A stretch of DNA of 64,000 nucleotides from an uncultured Thermoanaerobaculia bacterium (GCA_964552395.1 CAZKGM010000015.1:2853-66852), one strand, 5' to 3'; numbered from the stretch's first letter, positions 42,687-53,639 are shown. A program made the numbers and translations. Notes: generated by a model not told the origin, from the sequence alone.

Positions 42687-44195
42687 TCACACAACCGGCG
42701 GCATGCCGACCGCCTCGGGCACCGCTCGGTGCGCCGGCCGGATCGACCTCCGGACTGCCTCGAGAAAACGACCGACCCCGTCGCGAATCTGCTCTGGCGA
42801 CGGGTAGGAGAAGTTCAGGCGGACGTAGGCCTGCTCCGGAGGCTCGAAGAAGCAGGCGTCGCCCGGCAGGAACGCCACCCCAACGTCGGCCGCGGCGGCC
42901 AGCAGACGCGACCTTTCGACGTCGTCCGGGAGCCGACACCAGAAGTAGAAGCCGCCACGGGGCCGCTGCCACCGCACCCCCACCGCTGCGCCCTCCTTGA
43001 GCGCCGCGTCCATGGCGTCACGGCGCTCGGAGTAGGCGATTCGCAGGCTCTGCAGGTACGGCTCGTAGTGACCGTCGCTGAGGAACCGTTCGAGCAGCAG
43101 CTGGCCGACGCTCGATGCATGCAGGTCGGTGCCCTGCTTGAGCAGCGCCAGCTGGTGCACAACTGAACGGGGCGCCGCCAGGAAGCCGAGGCGTAGACCC
43201 GGGAACAACAGCTTCGAGAGCGTACTGAGGTAGATGACCTGTCCGCTGTCATCGAGCGCCCTGAGCGATGGCAGCGGACTGCCGTCGTAGCGCAGCTCGG
43301 AGTAGGGATCGTCCTCGAGAATCGGCACCCGGTGCCTGGTCGCCAGCTCCAGAAGCTCCCGCCGACGGCGCAAAGCCAGCTCTGCGCCCGACGGGTTTTG
43401 GAAGGTCGGCAGCGTGTAGATGAGCTTCGGCCGCTGGTGCTCGAGCACCGTTGCGAGAAGATCCGTCCGCATGCCGTCTGCGTCCGCCGGCACACCCACG
43501 ACCCGGGCCTGAGCGCCGCGGAGAACCGGCAGCATGCCGACATACGTGGGCTCCTCGACCACCACCACGTCACCGGGATCCACGAGCGCCCGCACCACCA
43601 GGTCGAGCCCCTGCTGTGATCCGGACAGCACCAGCACCTCGGCCGGCGAGCAGGTCATCCCGCGGGTCGCGAGCCGGTGGGAGAGCGTTTCCCGCAACGG
43701 CGTGTGGCCTTCGGTCGGGCAGTGCAGGAGCAGCGGCGGCCCGACATCGTCTACCAGGCGTACGAAGATCTCTCGCAGCAGTCCGAGCGGCAACAGCTCC
43801 GGCGCCGGCAGACCGACGGCGAGCGAGATCACGTCCCTGCGCTCGGTCAGCTCCAGCAGATCGCGAACCACTGGCTCCTGGACCCTGAGCGCCCGCTCGC
43901 AGAACAGCTGGCGCCACGGCAGCCCGGGAGGACCACCCACTGCAGGTACCGGCGCGGCCGTCGCACGGACGGAGGTCCCACGGCCGACGTGCGCATCCAC
44001 AAGCCCCTCACCCTTCAGCTCACGGTAGGCCGTGAGAACGGTGCTGCGGTTGATGCCGAGCGCCTCGGCCAGACGCCTTTCGGGCGGCAGGCGGAATCCC
44101 TCGGGAAGAGCTCCGGAGCGGATCAGCTCCCGCATACGGTCCACGATCTGCCGGTAGAGGGGGACCCTGCTTTGGCGGTCGATCACGATCTGCAT
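42687..44195 (-). CDS. MocR-family transcriptional regulator (GntR wHTH fused to aminotransferase-fold domain)
   Basis: Trimmed to MQIVIDRQSRVPLYRQIVDRMRELIRSGALPEGFRLPPERRLAEALGINRSTVLTAYRELKGEGLV (ATG 44195, GGAGAG upstream). C-terminal AT fold with STLSKLLFPGLRLGF. Confidence 0.88.
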   Translation of the reverse strand: MQIVIDRQSRVPLYRQIVDRMRELIRSGALPEGFRLPPERRLAEALGINRSTVLTAYRELKGEGLVDAHVGRGTSVRATAAPVPAVGGPPGLPWRQLFCERALRVQEPVVRDLLELTERRDVISLAVGLPAPELLPLGLLREIFVRLVDDVGPPLLLHCPTEGHTPLRETLSHRLATRGMTCSPAEVLVLSGSQQGLDLVVRALVDPGDVVVVEEPTYVGMLPVLRGAQARVVGVPADADGMRTDLLATVLEHQRPKLIYTLPTFQNPSGAELALRRRRELLELATRHRVPILEDDPYSELRYDGSPLPSLRALDDSGQVIYLSTLSKLLFPGLRLGFLAAPRSVVHQLALLKQGTDLHASSVGQLLLERFLSDGHYEPYLQSLRIAYSERRDAMDAALKEGAAVGVRWQRPRGGFYFWCRLPDDVERSRLLAAAADVGVAFLPGDACFFEPPEQAYVRLNFSYPSPEQIRDGVGRFLEAVRRSIRPAHRAVPEAVGMPPVV

Positions 44196-44364
44196 CGGCT
44201 CTCCGTGCCACCAGCCAATACTCTGAAGCTGCCATATTGGATGGTGACAATCATCAATATAGGAGCCAATATGACCCATGGCAAGTACCAATTACGGTCC
44301 AATATGCCCATCCAATGTTAGCCTGGGCCCGGCTGGCGGCAGGCAGTCATTGTCGCTATCATAG
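44196..44364. promoter_or_regulatory. divergent promoter region with phased CCAAT(A/T)T repeats; candidate MocR operator
   Basis: AT-rich island. CCAATA 44215-44220, CCATATTGG (palindrome containing the motif) 44232-44240, TCAATAT 44254-44260, CCAATATG 44266-44273, CCAATTA 44288-44294, CCAATATG 44299-44306, CCAATGT 44312-44318. Spacings of 11-13 and 22 nt. Confidence 0.45.
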
Positions 44365-44370
44365 GTGTGG

Positions 44371-47300
44371 ATGACCGCTCGCCTCCGACTCCCGCTCCGA
44401 ATCGCCATGGCGGCCTGGGCCGGTGTCTCCTGTGCCTTGCTGACAGCCGCCGTGGCCGGGGCCGGCGGCGGCGCTCCGAGCTCACCTCCGCGGCTCGATC
44501 CATTCAACGAGACAGCCTACGCCTTCCGGGTGTTCCGCGACTCCGAAGGCCTGCCGCAGAACACGGTCCACGCTATCACCGTCGACCACCGGGGCCGGTT
44601 GTGGGTGGGAACGCAGGACGGAGCGGCCTACTACGACGGACGGCGCTGGACGGTTGTGGATATGCCGAGTCGGCTGCGATCAAACTTCGTGCGTACGATT
44701 CTCGGTGCGAGCGACGGCAGCGTGTGGTTCGGTACGCGGGCAGCAGGACTTTTCCGCTTGCGCGACGGCGGCTGGACCGCGGTCGACGCCCTGGCCAAGC
44801 TGTCAGACTGCCTCCGGATCAACGCCCTCGTCGAGACCCGAGCCGAGTCGGGCCGATCCGTGGTCTGGGCCGCAACCTATGGGGGTGGCATCGGACGGTT
44901 CGAGGATGGCACCTGGCGGCTCTACACAACCGCGGATGGGCTGCCAAGCAACCTGGTCTGGGCGCTCTATGCCCAGCACGAGCCGGTCCACGGAACCACG
45001 ATCTGGGCCGGTACCGAGCAAGGACTGGCTCGCCTGTCGCCCGGGGCGAGCCGTTTTCGGTGCGAGCCCGAGTTCCCCCAGGGCTCTGTCAACTCTCTCG
45101 CCGGCGCCGTCGGCCCGGGCGGCAACAGCATCCTGTGGGCCGGAGCCTACGGCGGTGGCCTTGCACGCTTTGAGGGAGGCCAGTGGAGCCGACTCAGACG
45201 GGCAGACGGCCTCCCCAGCGATTTCGTCACCAGCATTGTCACGGCCGGGCGTGGTCCGGGTCCGATCACGGTGTGGGTTGGGACCGACGGTGGCGGCCTG
45301 GCCCGCATTGTGGGCAGCACGATCGAGGTCATCGATGCCCGCGTCGGCTTGCCCTCTGAAGCGGTCTATAGCTTGCTGGAAACCCATCCGACCAACGGTC
45401 CCAGCGTACTCTGGGTCGGAACCCGCAACGGAGGCCTGGCACAGCTCACCGAGGGCACGTGGAGAAAAGCCTTGCCCGTGGTCCAGGCGCCATCGGCGCC
45501 GGTCAACAGCATCCTCGAGACAGCCGAGGCCGACGGTGCGGCGGCAATCTGGCTCGGCACGGATGGCGACGGACTCGAGCGCCTGCTCGACGGCCGCTGG
45601 GCGCGGATCAGCCGTGGGACCGGCAAGCTTCCCAGTGACACCGTGCAGTGTCTGCTCGAGACACACGACCTCGGCGGCGGCACGACTCTCTGGGTCGGAA
45701 CTCGCAACGGCGGGCTTGCCGCGCTCCGCGACGGACAATGGTCCACCTTCTCGGCAGCCTCCGGTGCGCTCCCCAACAACATGGTCCAGGCGCTGGCCGA
45801 AACCCGCGATGCCGACGGCGGAAGATCGCTGTGGGTCGGGACCCGTCACGGCCTGGCCCGGCTTCGCAGGAGCCGCTGGACGGCGCTGGGGGCACAGGAC
45901 GGGCTACCCGACGACTCCGTCACCTGCTTGCTGGCCGATGGTGACGGCCACGGCGCGGACACGGTCTGGGCCGGCACGGCGGCCGGCCTTGCGGTCCTTG
46001 ACGGAGACACGTGGCGGGTGCACGAGGCCACTTCGGAGTTGCTCAACACCACGGTCCAGTGCCTCATGGAACAGCAAAGACCGGACCGGCGACGGACGCT
46101 GTGGGTCGGAACCGACGGCGGTGGGCTGTCGGTGTTGGACCTGTCCAATGGAGGCAGGCTGCTGTTCACCCTCACCGACAGCACCAGTCCAGCTCTCCCG
46201 AATAACGTGATCTACCAGATTCTCGAAGACACCTGGGGGAGGATCTACCTGCTCACAAACAAGGGCGTCGCGCGCCTGGCACACATTGGCGGAGACGGCG
46301 GCGCGGCCTCGGACTACGCGCTGTCCTCCTTCACCGCCGAGGACGGCCTGCCGCTCAACGAGGGCAACCGTGGGGCCGGGATCGTCGACAGCCGGGGCCG
46401 GATCTGGGTCGGTACCATCGGCGGGGCCGCCGTATTCGACCCGGCCGCCGAGAGTCCGGATCGCTCGCCCGACCTGCTTACCCTCGACGCGAGCTACGGC
46501 GATGACGGCTCGCCTCTGTCCGCGGGAACCGCCCTCGAGCACGACCGCCGGCATGTCGTCTTTCGCTATGCGCTGCTGTCGTTCTTCCACGAAGACGAAT
46601 CCCGGTACAGGACCCAGCTCGTCGGTCTCGACGCGCAGCCCTCCTCGTGGATGACGGACGTCAAGAGGGAGTACAGAACCCTCGGCCGGGGCCGCTACAC
46701 CTTCCGTGTCTGGGGTCGCGATTACGCCGGCAACGTGACCGGGCCGGCCGAGCACAGCTTCATGATCCGGCCGGCGCCATGGCAGACATGGTGGGCTCTG
46801 GCGCTGCTGGCCGGCGTACTGTCGCTCGCAGCGTACGGCTCGCTCCAGCTGCGGCTGCGGGCCCACCGGGGCCGTGAACGACGGCTTCAGGCGCTGGTCG
46901 AGACACGCACGCGCCGTCTCGCCGAGGCGAATCAGCTGTTGGTCGAGCTCTCGTACGCCGACCCCCTCACTGGCGTCGGCAACCGTCGCCGTTTCGACGA
47001 GCTGATCGAGGTGGAGTGGCGTCGGGCAGCACGGGCCGGCCAGCCGCTTGCTCTCGTCCTGCTCGACATCGACTTCTTCAAGCCGTTCAACGACGCCTAC
47101 GGCCATCCTCGCGGCGACGAGTGCCTCAAGTCAGTGGCCGCCGGCCTCGCCGACGCCCTGCCCAGGGCCGGTGATTCGGTAGCACGCTACGGCGGCGACG
47201 AGTTTGCCGTGGTCCTGCCGGACACCGACCTCGCCGGCGCGCTCAAGGTTGCCGCCCAGCTGCAGATGGCCGTGACCGCACTTCGTCTCGAGCACGGCAT

Positions 47301-47457
47301 CTCGCCCGCCGGTCGCCACCTCACCGTCAGCTGCGGGGTAGCGGCCCTTGTGCCATCGGCGGACGGCGAGCCGCTGCAGCTCGTGACTCTCGCGGACCAG
47401 GGCCTGTACAAGGCCAAGCACGCCGGCCGCGACTGCGTCGCGGCCGCCGAAGAGTAG
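44371..47457 (+). CDS. diguanylate cyclase with periplasmic two-component-regulator-propeller (Reg_prop) repeats, Y_Y_Y domain, TM and GGDEF domain
   Basis: Signal/TM. About a dozen repeats of the ...LWVGT..GGLA.. type. An Ig-like Y_Y_Y region (YTFRVWGRDYAGN). TM WWALALLAGVLSLAAYG. GGDEF domain with RYGGDEFAV and an RAGD I-site 5 residues upstream. Alternative GTG start at 44365. Confidence 0.88.
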   Translation: MTARLRLPLRIAMAAWAGVSCALLTAAVAGAGGGAPSSPPRLDPFNETAYAFRVFRDSEGLPQNTVHAITVDHRGRLWVGTQDGAAYYDGRRWTVVDMPSRLRSNFVRTILGASDGSVWFGTRAAGLFRLRDGGWTAVDALAKLSDCLRINALVETRAESGRSVVWAATYGGGIGRFEDGTWRLYTTADGLPSNLVWALYAQHEPVHGTTIWAGTEQGLARLSPGASRFRCEPEFPQGSVNSLAGAVGPGGNSILWAGAYGGGLARFEGGQWSRLRRADGLPSDFVTSIVTAGRGPGPITVWVGTDGGGLARIVGSTIEVIDARVGLPSEAVYSLLETHPTNGPSVLWVGTRNGGLAQLTEGTWRKALPVVQAPSAPVNSILETAEADGAAAIWLGTDGDGLERLLDGRWARISRGTGKLPSDTVQCLLETHDLGGGTTLWVGTRNGGLAALRDGQWSTFSAASGALPNNMVQALAETRDADGGRSLWVGTRHGLARLRRSRWTALGAQDGLPDDSVTCLLADGDGHGADTVWAGTAAGLAVLDGDTWRVHEATSELLNTTVQCLMEQQRPDRRRTLWVGTDGGGLSVLDLSNGGRLLFTLTDSTSPALPNNVIYQILEDTWGRIYLLTNKGVARLAHIGGDGGAASDYALSSFTAEDGLPLNEGNRGAGIVDSRGRIWVGTIGGAAVFDPAAESPDRSPDLLTLDASYGDDGSPLSAGTALEHDRRHVVFRYALLSFFHEDESRYRTQLVGLDAQPSSWMTDVKREYRTLGRGRYTFRVWGRDYAGNVTGPAEHSFMIRPAPWQTWWALALLAGVLSLAAYGSLQLRLRAHRGRERRLQALVETRTRRLAEANQLLVELSYADPLTGVGNRRRFDELIEVEWRRAARAGQPLALVLLDIDFFKPFNDAYGHPRGDECLKSVAAGLADALPRAGDSVARYGGDEFAVVLPDTDLAGALKVAAQLQMAVTALRLEHGISPAGRHLTVSCGVAALVPSADGEPLQLVTLADQGLYKAKHAGRDCVAAAEE

Positions 47458-47488
47458 GGCGCCTCACTCACACAGGGCCGAAGCTCCC

Positions 47489-49096
47489 TCAGATCGAGCG
47501 GGCCGCGGCTTGGCCGGTGACGATACAGGCGCCGAGGAAGGTCCCCTCGAGGCAGCCGCGGCCGTGAATGCCACCGCCCCCGAAGCCGGCGGCCTCGCCT
47601 ACCGCGTACAGACCCGGGATTGGGCTGCCATGGTCATCCAGCACCCGCGACTGGAGGTCCGTCAGAATGCCACCGAGGCTCTTGCGGGCGAGAATATGCT
47701 CCCGGATCGCGAGCAGCGGCCGCGCTCCAGGATCGAGGATCTTCTGAAATGCGCAGGTCCGAACACGGTCCCCCCGGTAGCGCCGGCAGTGGGCGATCCG
47801 CCGCAGCTGATCGTCGTTAAAGAACTTCGGGCCGCGTTCGATCTGCGCGTCATAGCTCCGGATGTCGGCGCTCAGGGCGTCGGGATCGACCAGCTCCTCG
47901 CCGGTGAGTGCGTTCATCCCGCGTACCAGCTCCTCGATCGTGTCCGCCACCACGAAGTCCTCGCAGCGATCGACAAGCTGCCGCACCAACGCCGGGTTGC
48001 CGAGAAGCACGTTCTTGAGGAACCGCAGTTTCCTCTTGTCGCGAATGGCCTCGTTGAACTCGGACCCGGAGACCGCGAGCTCCTTGCACGCGATCTTCCA
48101 GTTCATCACCTGCCATGAGTACTGTCGCGGCTGGCGCAGGATCTGCTCGACGAGAAACCGGGTGTCGTAGCCGGTGACCAGGGGCACCGGACCGATGCGA
48201 CGTCCCTCGGCGTTCATCCACAGAGCCGACTTGGGCGGCACCAGCGACAGGCCGTGCCGAGGGCGGTCGGGATCCGGGTGGTGGACGCCGGCGGCATAGT
48301 GCCACTGCAGGTCGAGATGGGTCAGCACTCCGCCGGCAGCAGCGACCAGGTCGTGCACCTCTCCATTGCCATAGCGGTGCGCGCCGTTGAGAATCGTCTG
48401 CGGCGGCTCGCCCCACGGCCGGTACCAGTTTTCGCGCAACCTCTCCAGCGAGCCACAGATGCCGCCGGCAGCCGCAACCACGGCGCCGGCAGCCGCAGCA
48501 AACTCCTCGCCCGAGCTCTCGACAACACCGGAGCAGCCGCAGACCGCGCCCCCGGCCGTTTCCACCTCGCAGACCCGGTGGTCGAATTGGAGCTCGAGGC
48601 GGTCGCGGTGTGGGTGGCGCTCGAGACACTCGAGCAGCGCCTCCACCAGCCCGTGACCGGTCCCCCACACCATGTGGAATCGCGGTACCGAGTTGCCCGG
48701 CGCGTACAGCCCCCGCTCGACCCAGTGGACAACCGGGAAGAACCGGACGTTGCGTGCCCTCAGCCAGTCGTGGACATCTTCCTGCGAACGGTTGACGTAC
48801 GCCTCGGCCCACCGCCGGGGCCACTGGTCACCGGCCTCGAAGCGGGCCACCGACAGCCAGTCCGAAAGGGCGAGGTCGGGAGTGTCACGAATCCCGAGCC
48901 GGCGCTGAGCGGGGGTTCCGACCATGAAGATGCCGCCGAAAGACTCCTTCGCCAGGCCGCCGAAGCGGGTCTTGGTATCGCGATCGAGGAGGACCACACG
49001 CTTGCCTCGGTCGAGGAGCTCGAGCGCTGTGACGATGCCGGCGATTCCGCCGCCGACAATCACCGCGTCGCCGCCGTACCGACGCCGCTGTGCCAT
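47489..49096 (-). CDS. FAD-binding dehydrogenase (succinate dehydrogenase/fumarate reductase flavoprotein-like, COG3573-type)
   Basis: DAVIVGGGIAGIVTALEL (GxGxxG), and C-terminal GLYAVGEAAGFGGGGIHG. Confidence 0.75.
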   Translation of the reverse strand: MAQRRRYGGDAVIVGGGIAGIVTALELLDRGKRVVLLDRDTKTRFGGLAKESFGGIFMVGTPAQRRLGIRDTPDLALSDWLSVARFEAGDQWPRRWAEAYVNRSQEDVHDWLRARNVRFFPVVHWVERGLYAPGNSVPRFHMVWGTGHGLVEALLECLERHPHRDRLELQFDHRVCEVETAGGAVCGCSGVVESSGEEFAAAAGAVVAAAGGICGSLERLRENWYRPWGEPPQTILNGAHRYGNGEVHDLVAAAGGVLTHLDLQWHYAAGVHHPDPDRPRHGLSLVPPKSALWMNAEGRRIGPVPLVTGYDTRFLVEQILRQPRQYSWQVMNWKIACKELAVSGSEFNEAIRDKRKLRFLKNVLLGNPALVRQLVDRCEDFVVADTIEELVRGMNALTGEELVDPDALSADIRSYDAQIERGPKFFNDDQLRRIAHCRRYRGDRVRTCAFQKILDPGARPLLAIREHILARKSLGGILTDLQSRVLDDHGSPIPGLYAVGEAAGFGGGGIHGRGCLEGTFLGACIVTGQAAARSI

Positions 49097-49183
49097 GAGT
49101 GATCTCCCTTCGGTTCAGCTCGCTCGAGTGTAGCGCGCCCGCTTCGCGACCGGCGCGGATTCCTGTAGGATGGAACCTGCGCC

Positions 49184-51538
49184 ATGTCCCGCTCCGTCCT
49201 CACTCGCACGGTGGTCATCCCGATCGGCGTTTTCCTCGTCCTCGGGGCCTGCGTCGCGGGGTTCTGGTTTCAGGCGCAGCTCCACCACTCCAACCTGCTC
49301 CGAGGCGAGACCATCGTCATGGCCGATCAGGCCGCGGCCAGACTCCAGGACGCCGTCAGGACACGCCTCGAGCTGGTCAACCAAATCCGCCGCGAGTGGC
49401 AGATCGCGCCCTACACCGACCGCGCCGCGTTCGAGCGGCGATCCCTATCGTTGCAGCGCCAGTTCCCAGGTTACCAGGCCGTGAGCTGGGTCGACCCGGA
49501 CGGTGTTATCCGCTGGGTCGTGCCGCGGCAGCCGAACCTCGCCGCGGAGAACTTCGACCTCCACGATCATCGTTTTGCCGGCGCCACGTTCCGGCGCGCT
49601 GAGAGCACGGGAACCGTGCAGGTGACGCCCCCGCTGCCGCTGGTCCAGGGCGGCCTCGGGATCGCCAGCTACTTCCCGATCAGGGCCCACGGCAAGAACC
49701 TCGGGTACCTCAACGGCGTCTTCCGGATCCGGCCGATGGTCCAGGCGTGTCTCAGGGGACCGGTGCTGAACACTCACTCCGTTCGCCTCGCCATCGACGG
49801 CCGGACTGTCTTCGCCAACAGTGTCGAGCGGACCGCTCGCTCCGAAAGGCTCGGGGCGAGCGCGGCCTTCACCATCCACGGCAGGAGCTGGGTGCTGTCG
49901 CTGGCGCCGAGGCCGCAACAGGTAAATCTGACCAGCCCCCTGCTCTCCTACGCGCTGCTCTTTCTCGGCCTTCCCCTTGCCGCCGCGGTGGCCTGGATGT
50001 ATCGCATCGACCAGCGCCGGCAGGTTGACCTCGAGCGCTCCGAGGAACGGTACCGCCGCCTGGTCGAGGACTCCGTCGACGTGATCTACGTCAGCACCCC
50101 GGACGGCCGGCTGCTCGACATCAACCCAGCGGGAGTCGAGCTCTTCGGCGCTGCGTCACGAGAGGACCTGCTGGCGGTCAACGTCGGCCGGGACCTGTTT
50201 GTCGACGCGGGACAGCGCCGGGCTTTCGTCAACCGCCTCCACCGCGACGGCTCGGTGCGCGACTACCGCCTGCTCCTGAGAAGCCTGGACGGGAAGGAGA
50301 TCGTCAGCCGCGTCTCGGCGACCGTGGTGCGTGACGAGGCCGGAACGGTGGTCTCCCACCGCGGCATCCTGCACAACGAGACCGAGGCCGCTCGCATGCA
50401 GGATCAGATCATCCGCATGCAGCGCATGGAGAGCATGAGCAACCTCGCCGGAGGCATCGCGCACGACTTCAACAATATCCTCGCCGGCATCCTCGGTTAC
50501 ACCTCGCTGCTGAAGATGAAGCTGGAGGAGCCCGAGCACCTGCGGCAGCTGGAGATTATCGAAAGAAGCGTGGACAGCGCCACGGCCCTCACCTCGCAGC
50601 TGCTCGCGTTTTCGCGCGGCGACCTGTGGGAGAAGCGCCCTGTCGATGTCAACGAGGTCGTGCAAGTGACCCTCACCTTCCTGAAGAGGACGATCGATCC
50701 ATCCGTCCTCATCGAGACCGACCTTACGCCCGGCCTGCCGGCGGTCGCCGGCAACCGGGGCCAGCTGCAGCAGGTCATCTTGAACCTCTGCCTCAACGCC
50801 AGGGACGCCATGCAGAACGGCGGCATCCTGAGCGTTTCGACCCGCGTCGTTAACGGCACGCACCTAGCTACACCCGGGGCCGCAAGCCCGCCCGCTCCGG
50901 ACCTCGTCCGCGTCACCGTATCCGACACCGGCCAGGGGATGGACGCAGCTACGCGCGATCGGATCTTTGAGCCGTTCTTCTCCACCAAGCCCCGCGAGAA
51001 GGGCACCGGCCTCGGCCTGGCCGTCGTGTATGGAATCGTCACCGGCCACGGCGGCAGGATCCTGGTCGACAGCGCACCGGGTCGCGGCACCACGTTCACG
51101 GTCGAGCTGCCCACCTCCGACGGCGTGGCGGAAGCCGACCAGCCGGCCGACGCCGTCGAGAGCACCGGCTCGGGAACGATCCTGGTTGTCGACGACGACG
51201 CCACTGTCCGCTCCGCGCTGGTCGAGATCCTCGAGAGCTACGGCTACGCGACGCTCCAGGCCGAGGACGGGTTGCAGGCGATCGCAGCCTTCGAGCGTCA
51301 CCGCAACGAGGTCGATCTCGTGATCCTGGACATGACGATGCCGCAGATGGGCGGCCGCCAGGCCCTTGAGCGCCTGCGAGAAATAGCGCCCGATGTCCGC
51401 GTCATCCTCTCTACCGGCTACAGCCGCTTAAGGGACGGCCAGGAGCCGCTCGACGCGGGTGTAAACGCGTTCCTCCAGAAGCCGTATCCCGTCAGCGAGC
51501 TCCTGAACGCCATCCGCAGCGTCCTCGGCAAAACGTGA
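49184..51538 (+). CDS. hybrid sensor histidine kinase/response regulator (extracytoplasmic sensor, PAS, HisKA, HATPase_c, REC)
   Basis: TM-periplasmic domain-TM. PAS SEERYRRLVEDSVDVIYVSTPDGRLLDINPAG. H-box IAHDFNNILAGILGY. NLCLNARDAM, DTGQGMD, GTGLGLAVV. Receiver ILVVDDD...DMTMPQMGG...QKP. Confidence 0.9.
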   Translation: MSRSVLTRTVVIPIGVFLVLGACVAGFWFQAQLHHSNLLRGETIVMADQAAARLQDAVRTRLELVNQIRREWQIAPYTDRAAFERRSLSLQRQFPGYQAVSWVDPDGVIRWVVPRQPNLAAENFDLHDHRFAGATFRRAESTGTVQVTPPLPLVQGGLGIASYFPIRAHGKNLGYLNGVFRIRPMVQACLRGPVLNTHSVRLAIDGRTVFANSVERTARSERLGASAAFTIHGRSWVLSLAPRPQQVNLTSPLLSYALLFLGLPLAAAVAWMYRIDQRRQVDLERSEERYRRLVEDSVDVIYVSTPDGRLLDINPAGVELFGAASREDLLAVNVGRDLFVDAGQRRAFVNRLHRDGSVRDYRLLLRSLDGKEIVSRVSATVVRDEAGTVVSHRGILHNETEAARMQDQIIRMQRMESMSNLAGGIAHDFNNILAGILGYTSLLKMKLEEPEHLRQLEIIERSVDSATALTSQLLAFSRGDLWEKRPVDVNEVVQVTLTFLKRTIDPSVLIETDLTPGLPAVAGNRGQLQQVILNLCLNARDAMQNGGILSVSTRVVNGTHLATPGAASPPAPDLVRVTVSDTGQGMDAATRDRIFEPFFSTKPREKGTGLGLAVVYGIVTGHGGRILVDSAPGRGTTFTVELPTSDGVAEADQPADAVESTGSGTILVVDDDATVRSALVEILESYGYATLQAEDGLQAIAAFERHRNEVDLVILDMTMPQMGGRQALERLREIAPDVRVILSTGYSRLRDGQEPLDAGVNAFLQKPYPVSELLNAIRSVLGKT

Positions 51539-51603
51539 GGCGGCCGTCATCCTGATTCGCGGTTGCCAGCCCAATCGCCAGCTTCTCTTGTTATGACCTC
51601 CAG

Positions 51604-51627
51604 AGGCCCGGACGGGGTTTCCGGCCT
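51604..51627. terminator. imperfect stem-loop between convergent hybrid-kinase and uvrB genes (possible bidirectional terminator)
   Basis: AGGCC(C)GGA / CGGGGTT / TCCGGCCT: 8 bp with one bulged C. No U-tract on either strand. Confidence 0.2.
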
Positions 51628-51632
51628 GGCCC

Positions 51633-53639
51633 CTACTTGTAGATCTGCCGGCCGCGCAGCTCCTTGACCCGGTCCCGCAGGCTCGCGGCCTCCTCGAACT
51701 CGAGACGTCGTGCCGCCTCGCGCATCCGCCGCTCCATCTCGGCGACCAGCTTGTGCAGCGAGGCCTCGTCCTCGGGAAGCTCACCGGCTGCCTCGGCGGC
51801 CAGAGTCGGCCGTCCGCCCGGTCCTGCGTAGTCGAGGTTCGACATCACCACCAGCGGGCTGGCCACGTCCTTGATGATGGTCCGCGGCTCGATCCCGTGC
51901 TCGACGTTGAACGCCGCCTGCGTCTCGCGACGGCGACCCGTCTCATCAAGGGCGCGCTGCATCGAACCGGTGACGCGATCCGCATACAGAACCGCACGCC
52001 CGTCGACATTGCGAGCGGCGCGGCCGACGGTCTGGATGAGCGACGTGTCCGAGCGCAGGAAACCCTCCTGGTCAGCGTCGAGAATCGCCACCAGCGCCAC
52101 CTCCGGCAGGTCCAGACCTTCGCGCAGCAGGTTGATTCCCACCAGCACATCGAACTCACCACGCCTGAGATCGGCGAGGATTGCGGTCCGCTCGAGTGCG
52201 TCGATCTCGGAGTGGAGGTAGCGAACACGAATCTCGAGCTCTGCCATGTAGGCGGTGAGATCCTCGGCCATGCGCTTGGTCAGCGTCGTCACCAGCACGC
52301 GCTCACCGTGGCCCACCACCTCGCGCACCTCGCCAATAAGATCGTCCACCTGCCCCTGGGCCGGCCTCACCTCGACGGCCGGGTCGAGCAGCCCGGTCGG
52401 CCTGATCAGCTGCTCCACCACCTCTCCCTCACTGTGCTCCAGCTCGTAGGGCCCCGGGGTGGCCGAGACGAACACGACCTGGTTGAGGCGGGTTTCGAAC
52501 TCGGCGAAGGTCAGGGGACGATTGTCGAGGGCGGAGGGAAGGCGGAAGCCATGCTCGACCAGGGTTTGCTTGCGCGAACGGTCGCCGTGGAACATCCCAC
52601 GCACCTGCGGCACCGTGACATGCGACTCGTCGATAATGCACAGGAAATCTCGAGGGAAGTAGTCGAGGAGGGTCGGCGGCGGCTCCCCTGCGGAGCGCCC
52701 TGTGAGGTGCCGGGAGTAGTTCTCGATCCCCTGACAGTAACCGAGCTCGGTGAGCATCTCGAGGTCGAAGCGGGTGCGCTGGGCCAGACGCTGCGCCTCG
52801 AGCAGCTTGCCCGCCGCGTTCAGCTCCGCCAGCCGCTGGTCAAGCTCATCCCTGATGCCGCCGATCGCGGCCAGCAGCTGCTCGCGCGGCGTGACGTAGT
52901 GGGTCCGCGGATAGATGGGAAGCCGTGACACCGACTCCAGGATGACTCCTCGGATCGGGTCGATGCGCTGAATCGACTCCACCTGGTCTCCCCAAAACGA
53001 CACTCGCACCGCGATGTCGTCGTACGGCGGGTAGATCTCGAGAGTGTCTCCGCGCAGACGGAAGCTGCCCGGCGCGAGGTCGAGACTGGTCCGCTGGTAC
53101 TGCATCTTGGCGAGCTGGCGCAGGACGTCGTCGAGCGGCCCCTCCTCCCCGACCTCGAACAGCTGCATCATGCCGTAGTATGCCTCGGGGGAGCCGAGGC
53201 CGTAGATACAGCTCACGGAGGCAACGATAATCGCGTCGCGCCGCTCGAACAGAGAGCGGGTCGCCGACAGCCGCAGGCGATCGATGTCCTCGTTGATGCT
53301 GGTTTCCTTCTCGATATAGGTATCGGTTGTCGGCACGTAGGCCTCGGGCTGGTAGTAGTCGTAGTAGGAGACGAAGTACTCGACGGCGCTCGCCGGGAAA
53401 AACGCCTTGAACTCCTGGTACAACTGGGCAGCCAGGGTCTTGTTGTGCGAGAGGATCAGGGTCGGGCGGCCCGTGGTCTCGATCACCTTGGCCATGGTGA
53501 AGGTCTTTCCCGAGCCGGTCACCCCGAGCAGGGTCTGGCAGGCCAAACCCTCTTCGAGGCCTCCGACGAGCCGGCCGATGGCCTGCTCCTGGTCCCCAGC
53601 TGGACGGAACGGCGCTTCCAGACGAAAGCTCCGGCTCAT
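51633..53639 (-). CDS. uvrB: excinuclease ABC subunit B
   Basis: [14 protein letters not shown] (Walker A), DESH box (IIDESHVT), helicase motifs, beta-hairpin region, C-terminal UVR domain [17 protein letters not shown]. Confidence 0.97.
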   Translation of the reverse strand: MSRSFRLEAPFRPAGDQEQAIGRLVGGLEEGLACQTLLGVTGSGKTFTMAKVIETTGRPTLILSHNKTLAAQLYQEFKAFFPASAVEYFVSYYDYYQPEAYVPTTDTYIEKETSINEDIDRLRLSATRSLFERRDAIIVASVSCIYGLGSPEAYYGMMQLFEVGEEGPLDDVLRQLAKMQYQRTSLDLAPGSFRLRGDTLEIYPPYDDIAVRVSFWGDQVESIQRIDPIRGVILESVSRLPIYPRTHYVTPREQLLAAIGGIRDELDQRLAELNAAGKLLEAQRLAQRTRFDLEMLTELGYCQGIENYSRHLTGRSAGEPPPTLLDYFPRDFLCIIDESHVTVPQVRGMFHGDRSRKQTLVEHGFRLPSALDNRPLTFAEFETRLNQVVFVSATPGPYELEHSEGEVVEQLIRPTGLLDPAVEVRPAQGQVDDLIGEVREVVGHGERVLVTTLTKRMAEDLTAYMAELEIRVRYLHSEIDALERTAILADLRRGEFDVLVGINLLREGLDLPEVALVAILDADQEGFLRSDTSLIQTVGRAARNVDGRAVLYADRVTGSMQRALDETGRRRETQAAFNVEHGIEPRTIIKDVASPLVVMSNLDYAGPGGRPTLAAEAAGELPEDEASLHKLVAEMERRMREAARRLEFEEAASLRDRVKELRGRQIYK

